From: Candidatus Latescibacterota bacterium
Lineage (GTDB): Bacteria; Latescibacterota; UBA2968; UBA8231
Assembly (NCBI GenBank): GCA_965248265.1
Contig: CBDFJF010000001.1
Span: 928,001 to 992,000 of the forward strand
Direction: 5' to 3'
Length of the DNA: 64,000 nt
This document shows positions 39,756 to 49,773 of the stretch, one piece after another (position 1 is the stretch's first letter; every line of letters starts with the position of its first letter). Under the pieces are notes generated by a model. The model was given only the letters and a program-made list of their open reading frames with translations. It had not been told where the DNA came from and ran no database searches. The position numbers were made by a program, and so were the translations under genes.

Positions 39756-39864
39756 ATATATCACAGCAATTCACGCTGCGTCGCTTCGCTCCTTGGGGCT
39801 ACGCCCACCCCGCGAGCGCGGGGTCGTGACGAGCGCGGGGTCGTGAATTGTGAAGACGTTATAG
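39756..39864 (+). repeat. attC site with an internal 17-bp tandem duplication
   Basis: R'' ATATATC, CAATTCACG/CGTGAATTG and R' GTTATAG. Confidence 0.8.
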
Positions 39865-39913
39865 GCCATGCGCCGTTCAGGAGACTGCTATCAATCCCAA
39901 AAAAGGAGCCCGA

Positions 39914-41593
39914 ATGAGAGCCCTATGCAAATACCTAGCGTTGGCGGTGGCCTTGGTGATGTCGGCACACACAGCGTCAATTGCGGGAATGCCTTCCGAT
40001 GGCTCCATCGAGACGATCCTGCGCGACCGTATAGACCTCTATAAGAAGAGTGTTGGGATCGTTGTAGGGCTCGTAGACAGCACAGGACGCAAGGTCGCCG
40101 CCTACGGCAAGACAGACTTGAAGGGCGATACGGAAGTAGGGGCGAATACCGTGTTCGAGATCGGCTCGGTGAGTAAGGTCTTCACGGGGACGCTGCTGGC
40201 GGATGCAGTAAGGCGTGGCGAACTCCGTCTTGAGGACCCGGTTTCGAGGTTCCTCCCGGAATCCGTGACGGTTCCCTCCAAAGACGGGAAGGAGATCACA
40301 CTCCATGACCTGGCGACACACTGGTCGGGCCTCCCCCGGATGCCGACCAACTTCAACCCTGCGAATCCCCAGAATCCCTACGCCGACTACACTGTCGAGA
40401 ATATGTACGAGTTCCTGTCCGCCTACTCCCTTCCCAGACCAGTCGGGGAAGCGTTCGAGTATTCCAACCTGGGCGTCGGACTGCTGGGACACGTACTGGC
40501 ACTGAACGCGGGCGTGGACTATGAGACCCTTGTGCGGACTCGCATCTGTGGACCTCTGGGGATGGAGAGCACCGTGATCCAACTGACTCCAGATCTGCGT
40601 AATCGAATGGCAACCGGTCACACGGCGATGAGGCACCCGACACCGAACTGGGATGTCCCGACGTTCGCGGGGGCAGGAGCGATCCGCTCTACCACGGAAG
40701 ACTTGCTTCGGTTTCTGGCCGCGAATATGGCGTTAATGGAGACCGATCTCCGGGACGCGATGGAGGCAGCCCACGCTGCGCGATTGCCGGCTGGAAGACC
40801 AGAAATGGAGATAGGCTTGGGTTGGATCACCCACAAGGAGCACGAATCGGAGATCGTGTGGCACAACGGTGGGACAGGCGGGTATCACAGCTACATCGGC
40901 TGGGACCGCAAGACCGGGCTCGGGGTCGTGGTACTATCCAACTCGGCGCACGATATCGACGACATCGGCCGACACCTGATCAATCCGGCATTCGAGCTGG
41001 CAAAGCTAGAGCCTCCCAAGGAGCGGAAGGAGATCGCTCTGGGCACGGAGATATACGAGTCCTATGTCGGGGAGTACGAAGTCGCGCCTACCTTTGTGCT
41101 CACCGTAACGCACGAGCCGGAAGGACTGTACCTACAGGCAACGGGGCAACCAAAATCCCGGATACTCGCTGAAGCTGAAACCGAATTCTTCTCCGAAATC
41201 GTAGACGCGCAGATCTCGTTCAGGAAGGATGAGAGAGGCCAGGTGACCCATCTCGTACTGCACCAGGGCGCCCAGGACGTAAAGGCCATGCGACGCGGGG
41301 CGATAGTGTCCGACGAAAAGAGTATGCAGCTGGCTCCCGAGAGTCTGGACCGGTACGTCGGGAAATACGAACTGGTACCGGGCTTCGTGGTATCGATTAC
41401 AAACGAAAACGGACAGCTGATGGCGCAGGCCACAGGGCAACCAGCAATTCCGATCTATCCCGAATCCGAGACGCGCTTCGTCTACAGGGTCGTAGATGCT
41501 CAGATCGAGTTCCAATTGGATGACGCGGACCTTGTAGTGGGCCTGACCCTCTTCCAGGGAGGTAAGGAGATGCCGGCGAGGAAGATGGAGTAG
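39914..41593 (+). CDS. Serine hydrolase (class C beta-lactamase-like) with two DUF3471-like domains (cassette 4)
   Basis: Signal peptide, FEIGSVSK (SxxK), YSN, WHNGGTGG and two YVGxY repeats. Confidence 0.9.
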   Translation: MRALCKYLALAVALVMSAHTASIAGMPSDGSIETILRDRIDLYKKSVGIVVGLVDSTGRKVAAYGKTDLKGDTEVGANTVFEIGSVSKVFTGTLLADAVRRGELRLEDPVSRFLPESVTVPSKDGKEITLHDLATHWSGLPRMPTNFNPANPQNPYADYTVENMYEFLSAYSLPRPVGEAFEYSNLGVGLLGHVLALNAGVDYETLVRTRICGPLGMESTVIQLTPDLRNRMATGHTAMRHPTPNWDVPTFAGAGAIRSTTEDLLRFLAANMALMETDLRDAMEAAHAARLPAGRPEMEIGLGWITHKEHESEIVWHNGGTGGYHSYIGWDRKTGLGVVVLSNSAHDIDDIGRHLINPAFELAKLEPPKERKEIALGTEIYESYVGEYEVAPTFVLTVTHEPEGLYLQATGQPKSRILAEAETEFFSEIVDAQISFRKDERGQVTHLVLHQGAQDVKAMRRGAIVSDEKSMQLAPESLDRYVGKYELVPGFVVSITNENGQLMAQATGQPAIPIYPESETRFVYRVVDAQIEFQLDDADLVVGLTLFQGGKEMPARKME

Positions 41594-41711
41594 GTGACCC
41601 ATGTGGTAGTATCACGGCCAGTGTGGCTGAGCAGCTCTTCCATCCGACGGGAGCGGAGGGGCTACGTAACTCGCGCGGAAGGGCCATTCCTGTGGCCGTG
41701 TGGGGCACGGC

Positions 41712-41799
41712 CTATAACATCGTGTCCCCGGCTGCGGCCCTGTCGGGCCTCCGCTGCAACCCGCCTGTGGCGAGTTCGGAGACACGAAGAACGTTATCT
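41712..41799 (+). repeat. attC site
   Basis: R'' CTATAAC, CGTGTC/GACACG and R' GTTATCT. Shares CGCTGCAACCC with the attC at 38970. Confidence 0.85.
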
Positions 41800-41827
41800 G
41801 AAATCCAATCGAACTCTATAATAACGC

Positions 41828-41856
41828 TTGACATTATTAACGCGGTCCGTTATCAT
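41828..41856 (+). promoter_or_regulatory. sigma70 promoter of higBA with an overlapping palindrome
   Basis: TTGACA, 17 bp spacer, TATCAT. The palindrome TAACG-N5-CGTTA lies in the spacer. Confidence 0.8.
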
Positions 41857-41862
41857 TTCTGA

Positions 41863-42144
41863 ATGATAGAATCTTTCAGCGACAGAGAGACGGAAAAGGT
41901 CTTCCTTCGCCAGAGATCGCGGAGATTCTCAGGTATCCTGGCTCGCTCTGCCCTGAAGAAGCTCCTTTTGCTGGACGCAGCCGATTCAATACAAGACCTG
42001 CGTTCACCACCCGGGAATCGTTTGGAAAGGCTCACAGGAAATCGTAGAGGCCAGCACAGCATCCGCATAAACGATCAATGTCGCCTCTGCTTCGAGTGGA
42101 AGGCTGGCCGCGCCACCAACGTGGGGATCGTCGACTACCATTAG
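41863..42144 (+). CDS. higB: HigB (RelE/ParE family) toxin
   Basis: MIESF, DLRSPPGNRLERL, QHSIRINDQ and IVDYH. Confidence 0.9.
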   Translation: MIESFSDRETEKVFLRQRSRRFSGILARSALKKLLLLDAADSIQDLRSPPGNRLERLTGNRRGQHSIRINDQCRLCFEWKAGRATNVGIVDYH

Positions 42145-42152
42145 GAGCCAAA

Positions 42153-42455
42153 ATGCCTACAACAATGCCCCCGATCCATCCAGGCGAACTCCTGCTTGAG
42201 GAGTTTCTCGAGCCCCTGGCTCTGAGCCAGTACCGCCTAGCAAAGGACATTTCAGTGCCTCCTCGCCGAATCAACGAGATCGTTCACGGCAAGCGTTCTA
42301 TTTCTGCGGACACCGCTCTCCGACTAGCTCGCTACTTTGGAACCACAGACCGATTCTGGCTCAATTTGCAGACACGTTACGACCTGGAGTTGGAGAAGGA
42401 TCGCCTGGGAGAGCGCTTGGAGGCTGAGGTACAAGTCCTAGCACGGACGAGTTGA
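42153..42455 (+). CDS. higA: HigA antitoxin
   Basis: PIHPGELLLEEFL, RINEIVHGKRSISADTALRL and FWLNLQ. Confidence 0.92.
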   Translation: MPTTMPPIHPGELLLEEFLEPLALSQYRLAKDISVPPRRINEIVHGKRSISADTALRLARYFGTTDRFWLNLQTRYDLELEKDRLGERLEAEVQVLARTS

Positions 42456-42529
42456 ATCCGAAAGTCGCACTGCGGGACTTCAGAGGTTCCCAAACGCCTG
42501 CACCCTGGCCGACGCCTTACCTGCGGAAA

Positions 42530-43312
42530 TCAGAAGTAATCGCTGAGAGTCTGCAGCTCCCACCGCACTGAGTACGGGTCTACCCGCGTCCCTCGCTTGA
42601 AACCACGGCTCGCAGCCTCGGCCGCTTCGATGCGTTTGTAGCGGATCTCGAAACTCAGCGGCTCATCGAAGCGAAACGGAGCGAGCTCCCCCGTTTTCGC
42701 AGCAGCCCGCTCCGCCGCCGCGGCGATCTCGTCGACGACCCGGAGCGGATGCTTGCTTATCGCGAAGTTCCAACCCAGAGCCTGCTTCGTCGTCACCGTC
42801 TCGATGCCGGGAAAGAACTCGAGACTCTCGGTCACGCCTTTGTCGTCGCTGGCCGCGCAGATGACGGGGACGCCGTGGGCGCCGGCGCAGGCAGCGTCGA
42901 TGGCCATCTCGCCGACTTCGCGATCGTTCACCTTCATGTACTGGTATACGCCCGAGTTGAAGGTGTGGGCGATGACCCCGTCGACCGTGTTGTCCATGGC
43001 GTGGTAACCGACGAAGACGACTCCGGCGAAGCTGTCGTCGAGACCGGGCAGGCGGTGCTCGAACCCGACACCCAGCGCGATGTCACAGCGGCGGTCGAGT
43101 TCGTCGTAGTGCAGGTTCAGACTGCCGTCGTGGTTGTCCCAGACGATGACCTGCTCGGCGCCGGCGGCGAACAACCCGCGCGCCGCTGCATCGGCCTCGC
43201 GCGTCGCCTGCTTCTTGGCGAACTCGATATCGCGGGATGAGTTGATCGAAGCCCCGGGCGAGCCGACGGCGCAGGCGACACCCTCGCAGTCCACGCAGAC
43301 GTAGAATTTCAT
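42530..43312 (-). CDS. M55 family D-aminopeptidase (DppA-like)
   Basis: VDCEG, DNH, VGYHA, IAHT and VGE. Confidence 0.85.
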   Translation of the reverse strand: MKFYVCVDCEGVACAVGSPGASINSSRDIEFAKKQATREADAAARGLFAAGAEQVIVWDNHDGSLNLHYDELDRRCDIALGVGFEHRLPGLDDSFAGVVFVGYHAMDNTVDGVIAHTFNSGVYQYMKVNDREVGEMAIDAACAGAHGVPVICAASDDKGVTESLEFFPGIETVTTKQALGWNFAISKHPLRVVDEIAAAAERAAAKTGELAPFRFDEPLSFEIRYKRIEAAEAASRGFKRGTRVDPYSVRWELQTLSDYF

Positions 43313-43489
43313 GACTGTACGATCTCCTTCCTGTGGCACATTCGCGTGTAACCGGGGAAAATGTGAATTGGAATGCACAGATAAACCCCCGGAAGACTCT
43401 TTGTGGGCTGATCGCGTTTAGGTGCACTACAAGTGATAGAGGGCATCGGCGGGAATCCATGTCGCCCGCCCGGCCCTGTCGCCGGACGA

Positions 43490-43651
43490 TTGCGCATCAT
43501 CGACGCCGACCAACTCTCCTTCGCACTGAAAACACCCTGGTCAGACGGCACTACCCATCTCCTGCTCTCACCCCTCGAATTGCTCGAGAAACTGGCCGCC
43601 CTCGAGCCGCCGCCACCCCTCAACCTGATCCGCTATCATGGCATCCTGGCA
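43490..43651 (+). pseudogene. IS91/ISCR-type (Y2) transposase fragment
   Basis: LKTPWSDGTTHLLLSPLELLEKLAAL...NLIRYHGILA. Confidence 0.75.
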
Positions 43652-43702
43652 GGCGTTCGCCATTCTGCCTTGCCGGCGCCTGCATCTTGCTGGTATCAAT
43701 TT

Positions 43703-44719
43703 TCATTTGAACTTCAGCAAGGTCTTCATGGCGGGCGCTCCACTCTCCATCTGTTCGAACACGCTGGGAAGATCCTCGACGGCGACCTGACCCGTTATCA
43801 TGCGCTCAAACGGATACCGGCCGCTGGCGATCAGCTCGATCGCGTCATCGAAATCCTCGTGGCTGTAGCATCTGACCGCCTGCAGGCGTAACTCGCGCTT
43901 GAAGCAACTCGTCAGGTCGATTCGTGGTGGCTCGGCGTAAACGGCGACCACGAGCATCAACCCTCGTGGGCCCAACAGCTGACTCATGACCGTCGCCGCC
44001 GCCTGCGACCCCGAGGCCTCGAAGACGACATCGGCCCCGGAACGGTCGGAGGCCACAGCTACTGCCTCTGGCAGATCGGTTGAGGCCGGATCTACCACCG
44101 TCAAGCCTAATCCCCGGGCGTAATCGAGGCGAAACGGATTCACTTCCGACAACAACACCCGCGCGCCGCGGTACTGCGCAACCAATGCGGTCAAAAGACC
44201 GATCGGTCCGCCCCCGAGCACGACTGCGAGGTCTCCCTCTTCGAGTCCCGAGGTGCGAACGGCATGCATCGCCACGGAGAGCGGCTCCACGAGCGCGGCA
44301 TGATCCAGGGACATGCCCTCCGGCACGCGATGAAGCGTGTGCGCCGGCACCGTCCAGCTGTCCTGGAACGCACCGGCGCTCTCGACGCCGAAGAAGTCCA
44401 TGCTTTCACAGATATTGGAGAGCCCCTGCACGCAGGCCCGGCACCTGCCGCAGCTGATAAACGGCATTACAACGACCCGATCGCCGGCCTGCCACTTGCC
44501 GACTTCGGCACCTACCTCCGCGATCGTGCCCGACATTTCGTGGCCGATGATGGTCGGCAGCTGCATGCGCTCATCCCGATGCCCATGGTAGATCGACAGA
44601 TCCGAACCGCAGACGCCGCCGTAAGCGACCTCGATGCGGACCTCCGACGCCCCCGGGGACCGGGGTTCGCAAGGGCGAAATTCGAGTTGTCTTCTTCCGG
44701 TGTAAAAAGCCGCTGTCAT
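43703..44719 (-). CDS. Zn-dependent alcohol/sugar dehydrogenase
   Basis: GVCGSD, GHE, CGRCRAC and GGGPIG. Confidence 0.9.
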   Translation of the reverse strand: MTAAFYTGRRQLEFRPCEPRSPGASEVRIEVAYGGVCGSDLSIYHGHRDERMQLPTIIGHEMSGTIAEVGAEVGKWQAGDRVVVMPFISCGRCRACVQGLSNICESMDFFGVESAGAFQDSWTVPAHTLHRVPEGMSLDHAALVEPLSVAMHAVRTSGLEEGDLAVVLGGGPIGLLTALVAQYRGARVLLSEVNPFRLDYARGLGLTVVDPASTDLPEAVAVASDRSGADVVFEASGSQAAATVMSQLLGPRGLMLVVAVYAEPPRIDLTSCFKRELRLQAVRCYSHEDFDDAIELIASGRYPFERMITGQVAVEDLPSVFEQMESGAPAMKTLLKFK

Positions 44720-44918
44720 GAGTGCACCTGCGCGACATGGGTGTCAGGGGTGTGAGGGAAAGAAGTGGAAGGGTGCCGCGGGGTCAACCGAGTCGAGGCT
44801 CGGGTCCCATAAGCCGGTGCGTCTGGAACTCGGCGGCTCGCACGCATCGGCTCTTTGGCCGTTCTTGCCTCTTCAACGCGCGTTGTGTCCGTCATACGTC
44901 AGAGCGAGAGGGAGATCC

Positions 44919-45950
44919 ATGAAAGGCGTCGTCAAATACGAACGCGGTAGCGGCTTTGTCGAGTTGAGAGACGTCGAGGAGAAGCCGCCGGCTCCGAACC
45001 AGGTGAAGATCGAGGTCAAGGCGGCGGGAATATGCGGGTCAGACCTGCACATCTTCCACGATACGATCAACTTCGTCATCCGCACTCCCGTCGTCATCGG
45101 CCACGAGTTCAGCGGCGTAGTCGTCGACAAGGGAGCCGACGTGGGCGAGGAAGTTCGCCTGGGCGATCGGGTCACGGCGGAAGCGACGATAACTGCGTGC
45201 GGCCAGTGCGATTTCTGCCGCACGGAATGCTACAACCTGTGTCCGGAGCGGAGGGTCATCGGCTACTACCACGACGGCTGCTTCGCGGGGTTCTGCAATG
45301 CCGTCAACCTGCACCCCCTCCCCGACAACGTAAGTTTCGAGGCCGGCGCTCTCACAGAGCCGCTGGCCTGTTGTGTTCACACCGTCATCGAGCAGACCGG
45401 TGTTTCCGCCGGAGACTTCGTCGTCGTCCTCGGCCCAGGTCCTATCGGTGTGCTCGCGGCGCTCGTGGCCCGAGCAGAGGGCGGATCGGTCATGCTGTGC
45501 GGCACTTCGCGAGACAGGGAGAGATTGCGTGTTGCCCGAGAGGCTGCGGGCATAGAGTGCACGGTGAACGTCGACGACAGTGATCCGGTCGAAATGGCGC
45601 GCGAGTCGACGGGCGGCTACGGCGCCGATGTCGTCATCGAGTGCTCGGGGGCGGCGCCTGCACTCAGTCAGGCTCTTGAGATCGTCCGCAAACGGGGAAA
45701 GGTGACACAGTTCGGATTGTTCGGTCGGCCCGTGGAAGTCGACTTCGAAAAGATCGCCTACAAGGAACTCACGGTGAGCGGCGGTATCGCGCACCGCCGG
45801 CCGTCATGGAGACGAGCCTTGCGCCTGATGGAGCAGGGAGTGATCCAGCCGGAAAAGCTGATCACCCACGAAATGCCGCTGGCTGAATGGTCCACTGGCT
45901 TCGAACTGCTGGAGCGTCAGGAAGCCATGAAGATCCTGTTGCGTCCCTGA
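44919..45950 (+). CDS. Zn-dependent alcohol/sugar dehydrogenase
   Basis: GICGSD, GHEF, CGQCDFC and GPGPIG. Confidence 0.9.
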   Translation: MKGVVKYERGSGFVELRDVEEKPPAPNQVKIEVKAAGICGSDLHIFHDTINFVIRTPVVIGHEFSGVVVDKGADVGEEVRLGDRVTAEATITACGQCDFCRTECYNLCPERRVIGYYHDGCFAGFCNAVNLHPLPDNVSFEAGALTEPLACCVHTVIEQTGVSAGDFVVVLGPGPIGVLAALVARAEGGSVMLCGTSRDRERLRVAREAAGIECTVNVDDSDPVEMARESTGGYGADVVIECSGAAPALSQALEIVRKRGKVTQFGLFGRPVEVDFEKIAYKELTVSGGIAHRRPSWRRALRLMEQGVIQPEKLITHEMPLAEWSTGFELLERQEAMKILLRP

Positions 45951-46154
45951 CCGAAAGGCGCGCTTGTCTCAGGGCGTCTTTAGGCGATCACCATGCCGGA
46001 CGCCCGCCGTAGCTTCGACGAATCAGCGCAGAGGATTCTCACGCAGCCAGGTCACCCAGTCCATCAGCTCCTGCGGCTCCTGCAGCAAACTGGAGAGGTG
46101 GGACTGAAGTAGCCGGCCCCAGGGATCTTTTCGATCGCCCTACGGGTCGCCGCG

Positions 46155-48119
46155 TCACTGGAATGGCACCGGTACTTTATCCCCGTGCCAGGGAAAAGCG
46201 TAGCTTGGATCATTTGCGAATCTACGCATTCCGGCTTCCACTCGAATCGACGTCGAAGGCGGTAGTCGGACTGCGAAGTACTTGGCATCGACAGGAACCA
46301 CCTTCCCGCCGTGCCTAACCTCTGTGAACGTGTGTTCACCGAAGGCACCGGCCTGAACGATCAGGTTTCGCGTCTCGTGCCTGCTCAGATTCACCAACTG
46401 GATGCCTACGCCGTCGGGGGCAAGCTTGTCGACCAGGGCGGCGACGTCCCGCGGCAAACCGGATCGCAGGCGGTCTTGGTCGAAGTAGCGCACCGTGGCT
46501 CGCAGCAGGCCGCCGTTGTAGACTGCTTGCGGGGAGCCCATCGTAACCTGAGTGAGCCCCTTGGTGAACACAGGATTTTCGGGTTGGGTGTTCTCCTTGA
46601 TGATCGACTCGAAGTCGTCGCTCTCGTTCTTTATGTTTTCGTACGCGCTCAGCGACATCTCGTATTCGACGCCGAGGGCCTTCACCGGCCAGTCCGGGTT
46701 CTTGCCCTCGTAGTACTGGAGTCTGGGTAGCTCCGAATCGCCCGCGTTCTTCTCGGTTTCGACAGGGACATGGTTCCAGTCGCGCACGACGTCGCCGTCC
46801 CGAACTCGGTCGATCAACGCGTAGTCCTCTGGCGACATAGAAGCATGATAGAGGTGCGCAAGCTCCTCTATCCGCATCGGCTGCGGACCCGTGAACTGGA
46901 AGGGCGTTGGGGCCGGCTCATGCCAGCCGTTCTTCCCATAGCGCGTTGGCACCAGAAGCTGGCCGTCTTCGCGGGTGATTGCGTTGTCGAGCAAGACATT
47001 GATCTGAGACCGGAGCAGGTCGAGGTAGCCGTAGTCACGGGAGAGCATCAGCGCGCTCTCGGCGGCGATCGTGAGCCCATGGAACATTATGTTGAAGCCC
47101 TGGTAGTGGTTCCAACCGTACATGCCGCCCCACCACTGGCCTTCGCGGTTCTCCCCGATCTTCCCAGTGGGCCCGACATTATCGGGGATGATTCCGCCGT
47201 TCTCACGGATTCGGTCCATCCAGACCTCGACATACTCCAAGACCCACTTCTTGTATTTTTCCTCGCCGGTGTACAGATAGGCGTTTGTGACTAGCCCGGT
47301 CGATGCAAGATTGTTTGATGAGTCACTATTGAGAACGATTTTGTTGAATAGATCGACGATCTCCTCAGCCCGCGCCGGGTTGTCCATCCAGTCGAGCTCA
47401 AGCTCTTTGATGACGGGATAAAGGGTCGCCCGGGTCCCCATCGGCTTGAGCGGCCTACCTGAACCCTTCTCCGACCCGTGGAGCCAGCGCTGGACGTCGA
47501 TCAGGTCGGTGCTCAAGCATGGACCTCGGCCGGTCTGTATCGGTGAGCGAAGAATCTTGTGAACGGGATCCCAGTTGGGTGCTTCGGGATCCTCGCCGAT
47601 GTAGAAGCCTGCAAACGTCCTTGCGCGCCGCACGTTCTCCGATATAGTGGGGTCGGCAAGGCCCAGGTAGTAGAAGGCCGGATTGGCCTCGCCTTTGTGG
47701 TGCCACTCCGCCCCGCCCGGCACGGCGTAGTTGTAGTACTCTCTATACCCCTGCTGAGGAAAACGCAGTATCACCGAATCGTGGGAGTACTCGTAGACTT
47801 TCTTCCGGTGGACTATCTCCTCGTCGTTGGTCCGGGTGATGGCGTTCCACTCCTGAAGCGCCAGATCGAGGATCCTGTCCTCGGCACCCATGGCGTAGAA
47901 CAGCCCCCAGTTGTAGATCCGCTCGTAGAGATCATCCAGGGCGTCCTTGTAGTAGAGCGCGCCTCCGCGCTCGGTGTATTTCTCGATCATCAGGACTGCG
48001 GCCTCCTCCATGAGGCTGATGAGCTGCCGCTCCATTAGCGCCCATCCCGGCGGAGCCGTTACTTCCGATGCCGTTATGCCAGTTACTCCCGGTACGGACA
48101 CCGGTCCTGATTCATCCAT
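46155..48119 (-). CDS. Hypothetical protein
   Basis: Long ORF with normal codon use and no recognised motif. Confidence 0.7.
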   Translation of the reverse strand: MDESGPVSVPGVTGITASEVTAPPGWALMERQLISLMEEAAVLMIEKYTERGGALYYKDALDDLYERIYNWGLFYAMGAEDRILDLALQEWNAITRTNDEEIVHRKKVYEYSHDSVILRFPQQGYREYYNYAVPGGAEWHHKGEANPAFYYLGLADPTISENVRRARTFAGFYIGEDPEAPNWDPVHKILRSPIQTGRGPCLSTDLIDVQRWLHGSEKGSGRPLKPMGTRATLYPVIKELELDWMDNPARAEEIVDLFNKIVLNSDSSNNLASTGLVTNAYLYTGEEKYKKWVLEYVEVWMDRIRENGGIIPDNVGPTGKIGENREGQWWGGMYGWNHYQGFNIMFHGLTIAAESALMLSRDYGYLDLLRSQINVLLDNAITREDGQLLVPTRYGKNGWHEPAPTPFQFTGPQPMRIEELAHLYHASMSPEDYALIDRVRDGDVVRDWNHVPVETEKNAGDSELPRLQYYEGKNPDWPVKALGVEYEMSLSAYENIKNESDDFESIIKENTQPENPVFTKGLTQVTMGSPQAVYNGGLLRATVRYFDQDRLRSGLPRDVAALVDKLAPDGVGIQLVNLSRHETRNLIVQAGAFGEHTFTEVRHGGKVVPVDAKYFAVRLPPSTSIRVEAGMRRFANDPSYAFPWHGDKVPVPFQ

Positions 48120-48204
48120 CGCATGGCCTCGCATTCATGTCTACACACTGACGGGGAGCGGTAGTCGCAGTCCTGACCGGATGCGCTGATCCCTCCCGGG
48201 CGAT

Positions 48205-49773
48205 TCACCGTCTGGCGATGATGACCTTCGGGTCGAACTGGCTGAAGTTGGGATAGAAGGCTGGGATTTCGGCATCACTGCCGGCGATCGCCGCGGCTAG
48301 ACGAATCAGGGATACGGGTGCCGAGCTGTCGATCCCGATGGCGCCGTTTGGGCCTTGCCGGGCAGCGGCAAAGAGCCCGTCGACGAGCTGCCTATCGATC
48401 AGACACTGCCCCATTGAGGTGGCCGATTCCAACAGATTGTCGTCGCCTGTGGCTTGATACAGATCGAGGACACCTTCCAGGACACAGACCTCGTATTGTC
48501 CGCCGTGCGCGCGACCATCCGCCGTCGACGACGTGATCGAGTCTAACGCCCCGAAATCGACCGCACTATCATCCAGGCGCCCCCAACCCATCACCTCACC
48601 CAGACGCAGAGCCATCGAGCGAAACTCCTCCTCGCCGGTTTGGCGAAAAGCGCGGGCGTAGGCCAGGAAGAGGAGTCCGTTCGGGCGCACGGGTCTCAGC
48701 TTCACCGGTTGGCAATAGCCGACATCGTCGGTGTGCTCCGGTGTCAGCCGCGTGCCGTCGTTCAGCACCGGTTGGAAATACCCCTGCTCGTCCGACCAGC
48801 TGTGCGCCGCCAACGCGCGCAGGTCGCGGGTAGTCAATTCGACTAGCGGCGCAGCTTCGTCGGCGGTGAGGCCGCCGGTGTGGGCAAATGCTTCGACGAT
48901 GTTGAGAAACGTGACGGCTACTCTGCCGTAGCGGATGTCGATAACGTAGTTGCCGATGACGGTCGTTTCATTGACCCGTGGATCACGACCGAGGTCACCC
49001 TTGAACGACTCGCGCACACGACAGGGATCGCCGTGGTTGAATTGATAGCCGGCCAGGCCCGTATCGGGACTACGGATCGACTCGTAACAGGAGAGCAGGT
49101 CCAGCGCCCATCGGTAGGGCGCGCGCTCACCCGTCAGGCGATAGAGCTCGCTCGCCGCGTAGATCAGGTCCGAACCCGTGTTGATGAAGGATAGGGCCTT
49201 ATTGTCGATTATCGGCACCTGGGAGCCCGCGAACTCGCCTTCACGCCAGCGCGTCCCCCGATCCCATGGCTCATACTCTCCATGGCGATTGAACAGCAGG
49301 CTCGACCAGCTCCAGATGTGTGCATGCCAGAGGGCCTCGACGAAACCACTCACTGCGGCGGCGTCTGTCCGATACAGGAAGTCGTAGAAAGGGTAAGCGC
49401 ATTTGAGCTCGTGATTTCCACGCAACGGCTGATCCGTCGCCAGATCCCACGCCGAGTGACCTCCCCAGTAGAGCAGACCACTCTCCGCGTCGGCGAGTCT
49501 CGTCAGGGCGCTGCCGATCCACTCCCCGGCCACGTCGCGCCACTCATCCTCGCCGCGCACGGCCGCGAGACCATCGAGCGCCCGCAACAGATTCTGCTGG
49601 CAGCTCAGATCGGAGACGATGGCCTCTTCCCATCGCAACGGCTCCCCGTCTCTCAACGAAAAACCGTCCGCCAACAGTCCCGTGTTGCGCCCCCAGCGGT
49701 CGCCGCAGTGCTCGATCGCGGCGCGAATATGAGTCTCGACGGAGTCGAGGAAATTGTCCGGATCGCCCCTCAT
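48205..49773 (-). CDS. Polysaccharide lyase family 2-like (pectate lyase-like) protein
   Basis: LLADG, QQNLLRAL, LYWGGH, HELK, NRHG and LSFINTGSDLIYAA. Confidence 0.7.
   Translation of the reverse strand: MRGDPDNFLDSVETHIRAAIEHCGDRWGRNTGLLADGFSLRDGEPLRWEEAIVSDLSCQQNLLRALDGLAAVRGEDEWRDVAGEWIGSALTRLADAESGLLYWGGHSAWDLATDQPLRGNHELKCAYPFYDFLYRTDAAAVSGFVEALWHAHIWSWSSLLFNRHGEYEPWDRGTRWREGEFAGSQVPIIDNKALSFINTGSDLIYAASELYRLTGERAPYRWALDLLSCYESIRSPDTGLAGYQFNHGDPCRVRESFKGDLGRDPRVNETTVIGNYVIDIRYGRVAVTFLNIVEAFAHTGGLTADEAAPLVELTTRDLRALAAHSWSDEQGYFQPVLNDGTRLTPEHTDDVGYCQPVKLRPVRPNGLLFLAYARAFRQTGEEEFRSMALRLGEVMGWGRLDDSAVDFGALDSITSSTADGRAHGGQYEVCVLEGVLDLYQATGDDNLLESATSMGQCLIDRQLVDGLFAAARQGPNGAIGIDSSAPVSLIRLAAAIAGSDAEIPAFYPNFSQFDPKVIIARR

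Larger units (their letters stand above)
35817..42455 (+). mobile_element. Integron gene cassette array with no integrase in the window (CALIN-like)
   Basis: Three full attC sites, one collapsed site, co-oriented genes and complementary cassette ends. Confidence 0.82.

Noticed and set aside
35800-41800. CRISPR array interpretation of the intergenic repeats
   Set aside because: The repeats are imperfect palindromes separated by whole genes, and no cas genes are present.
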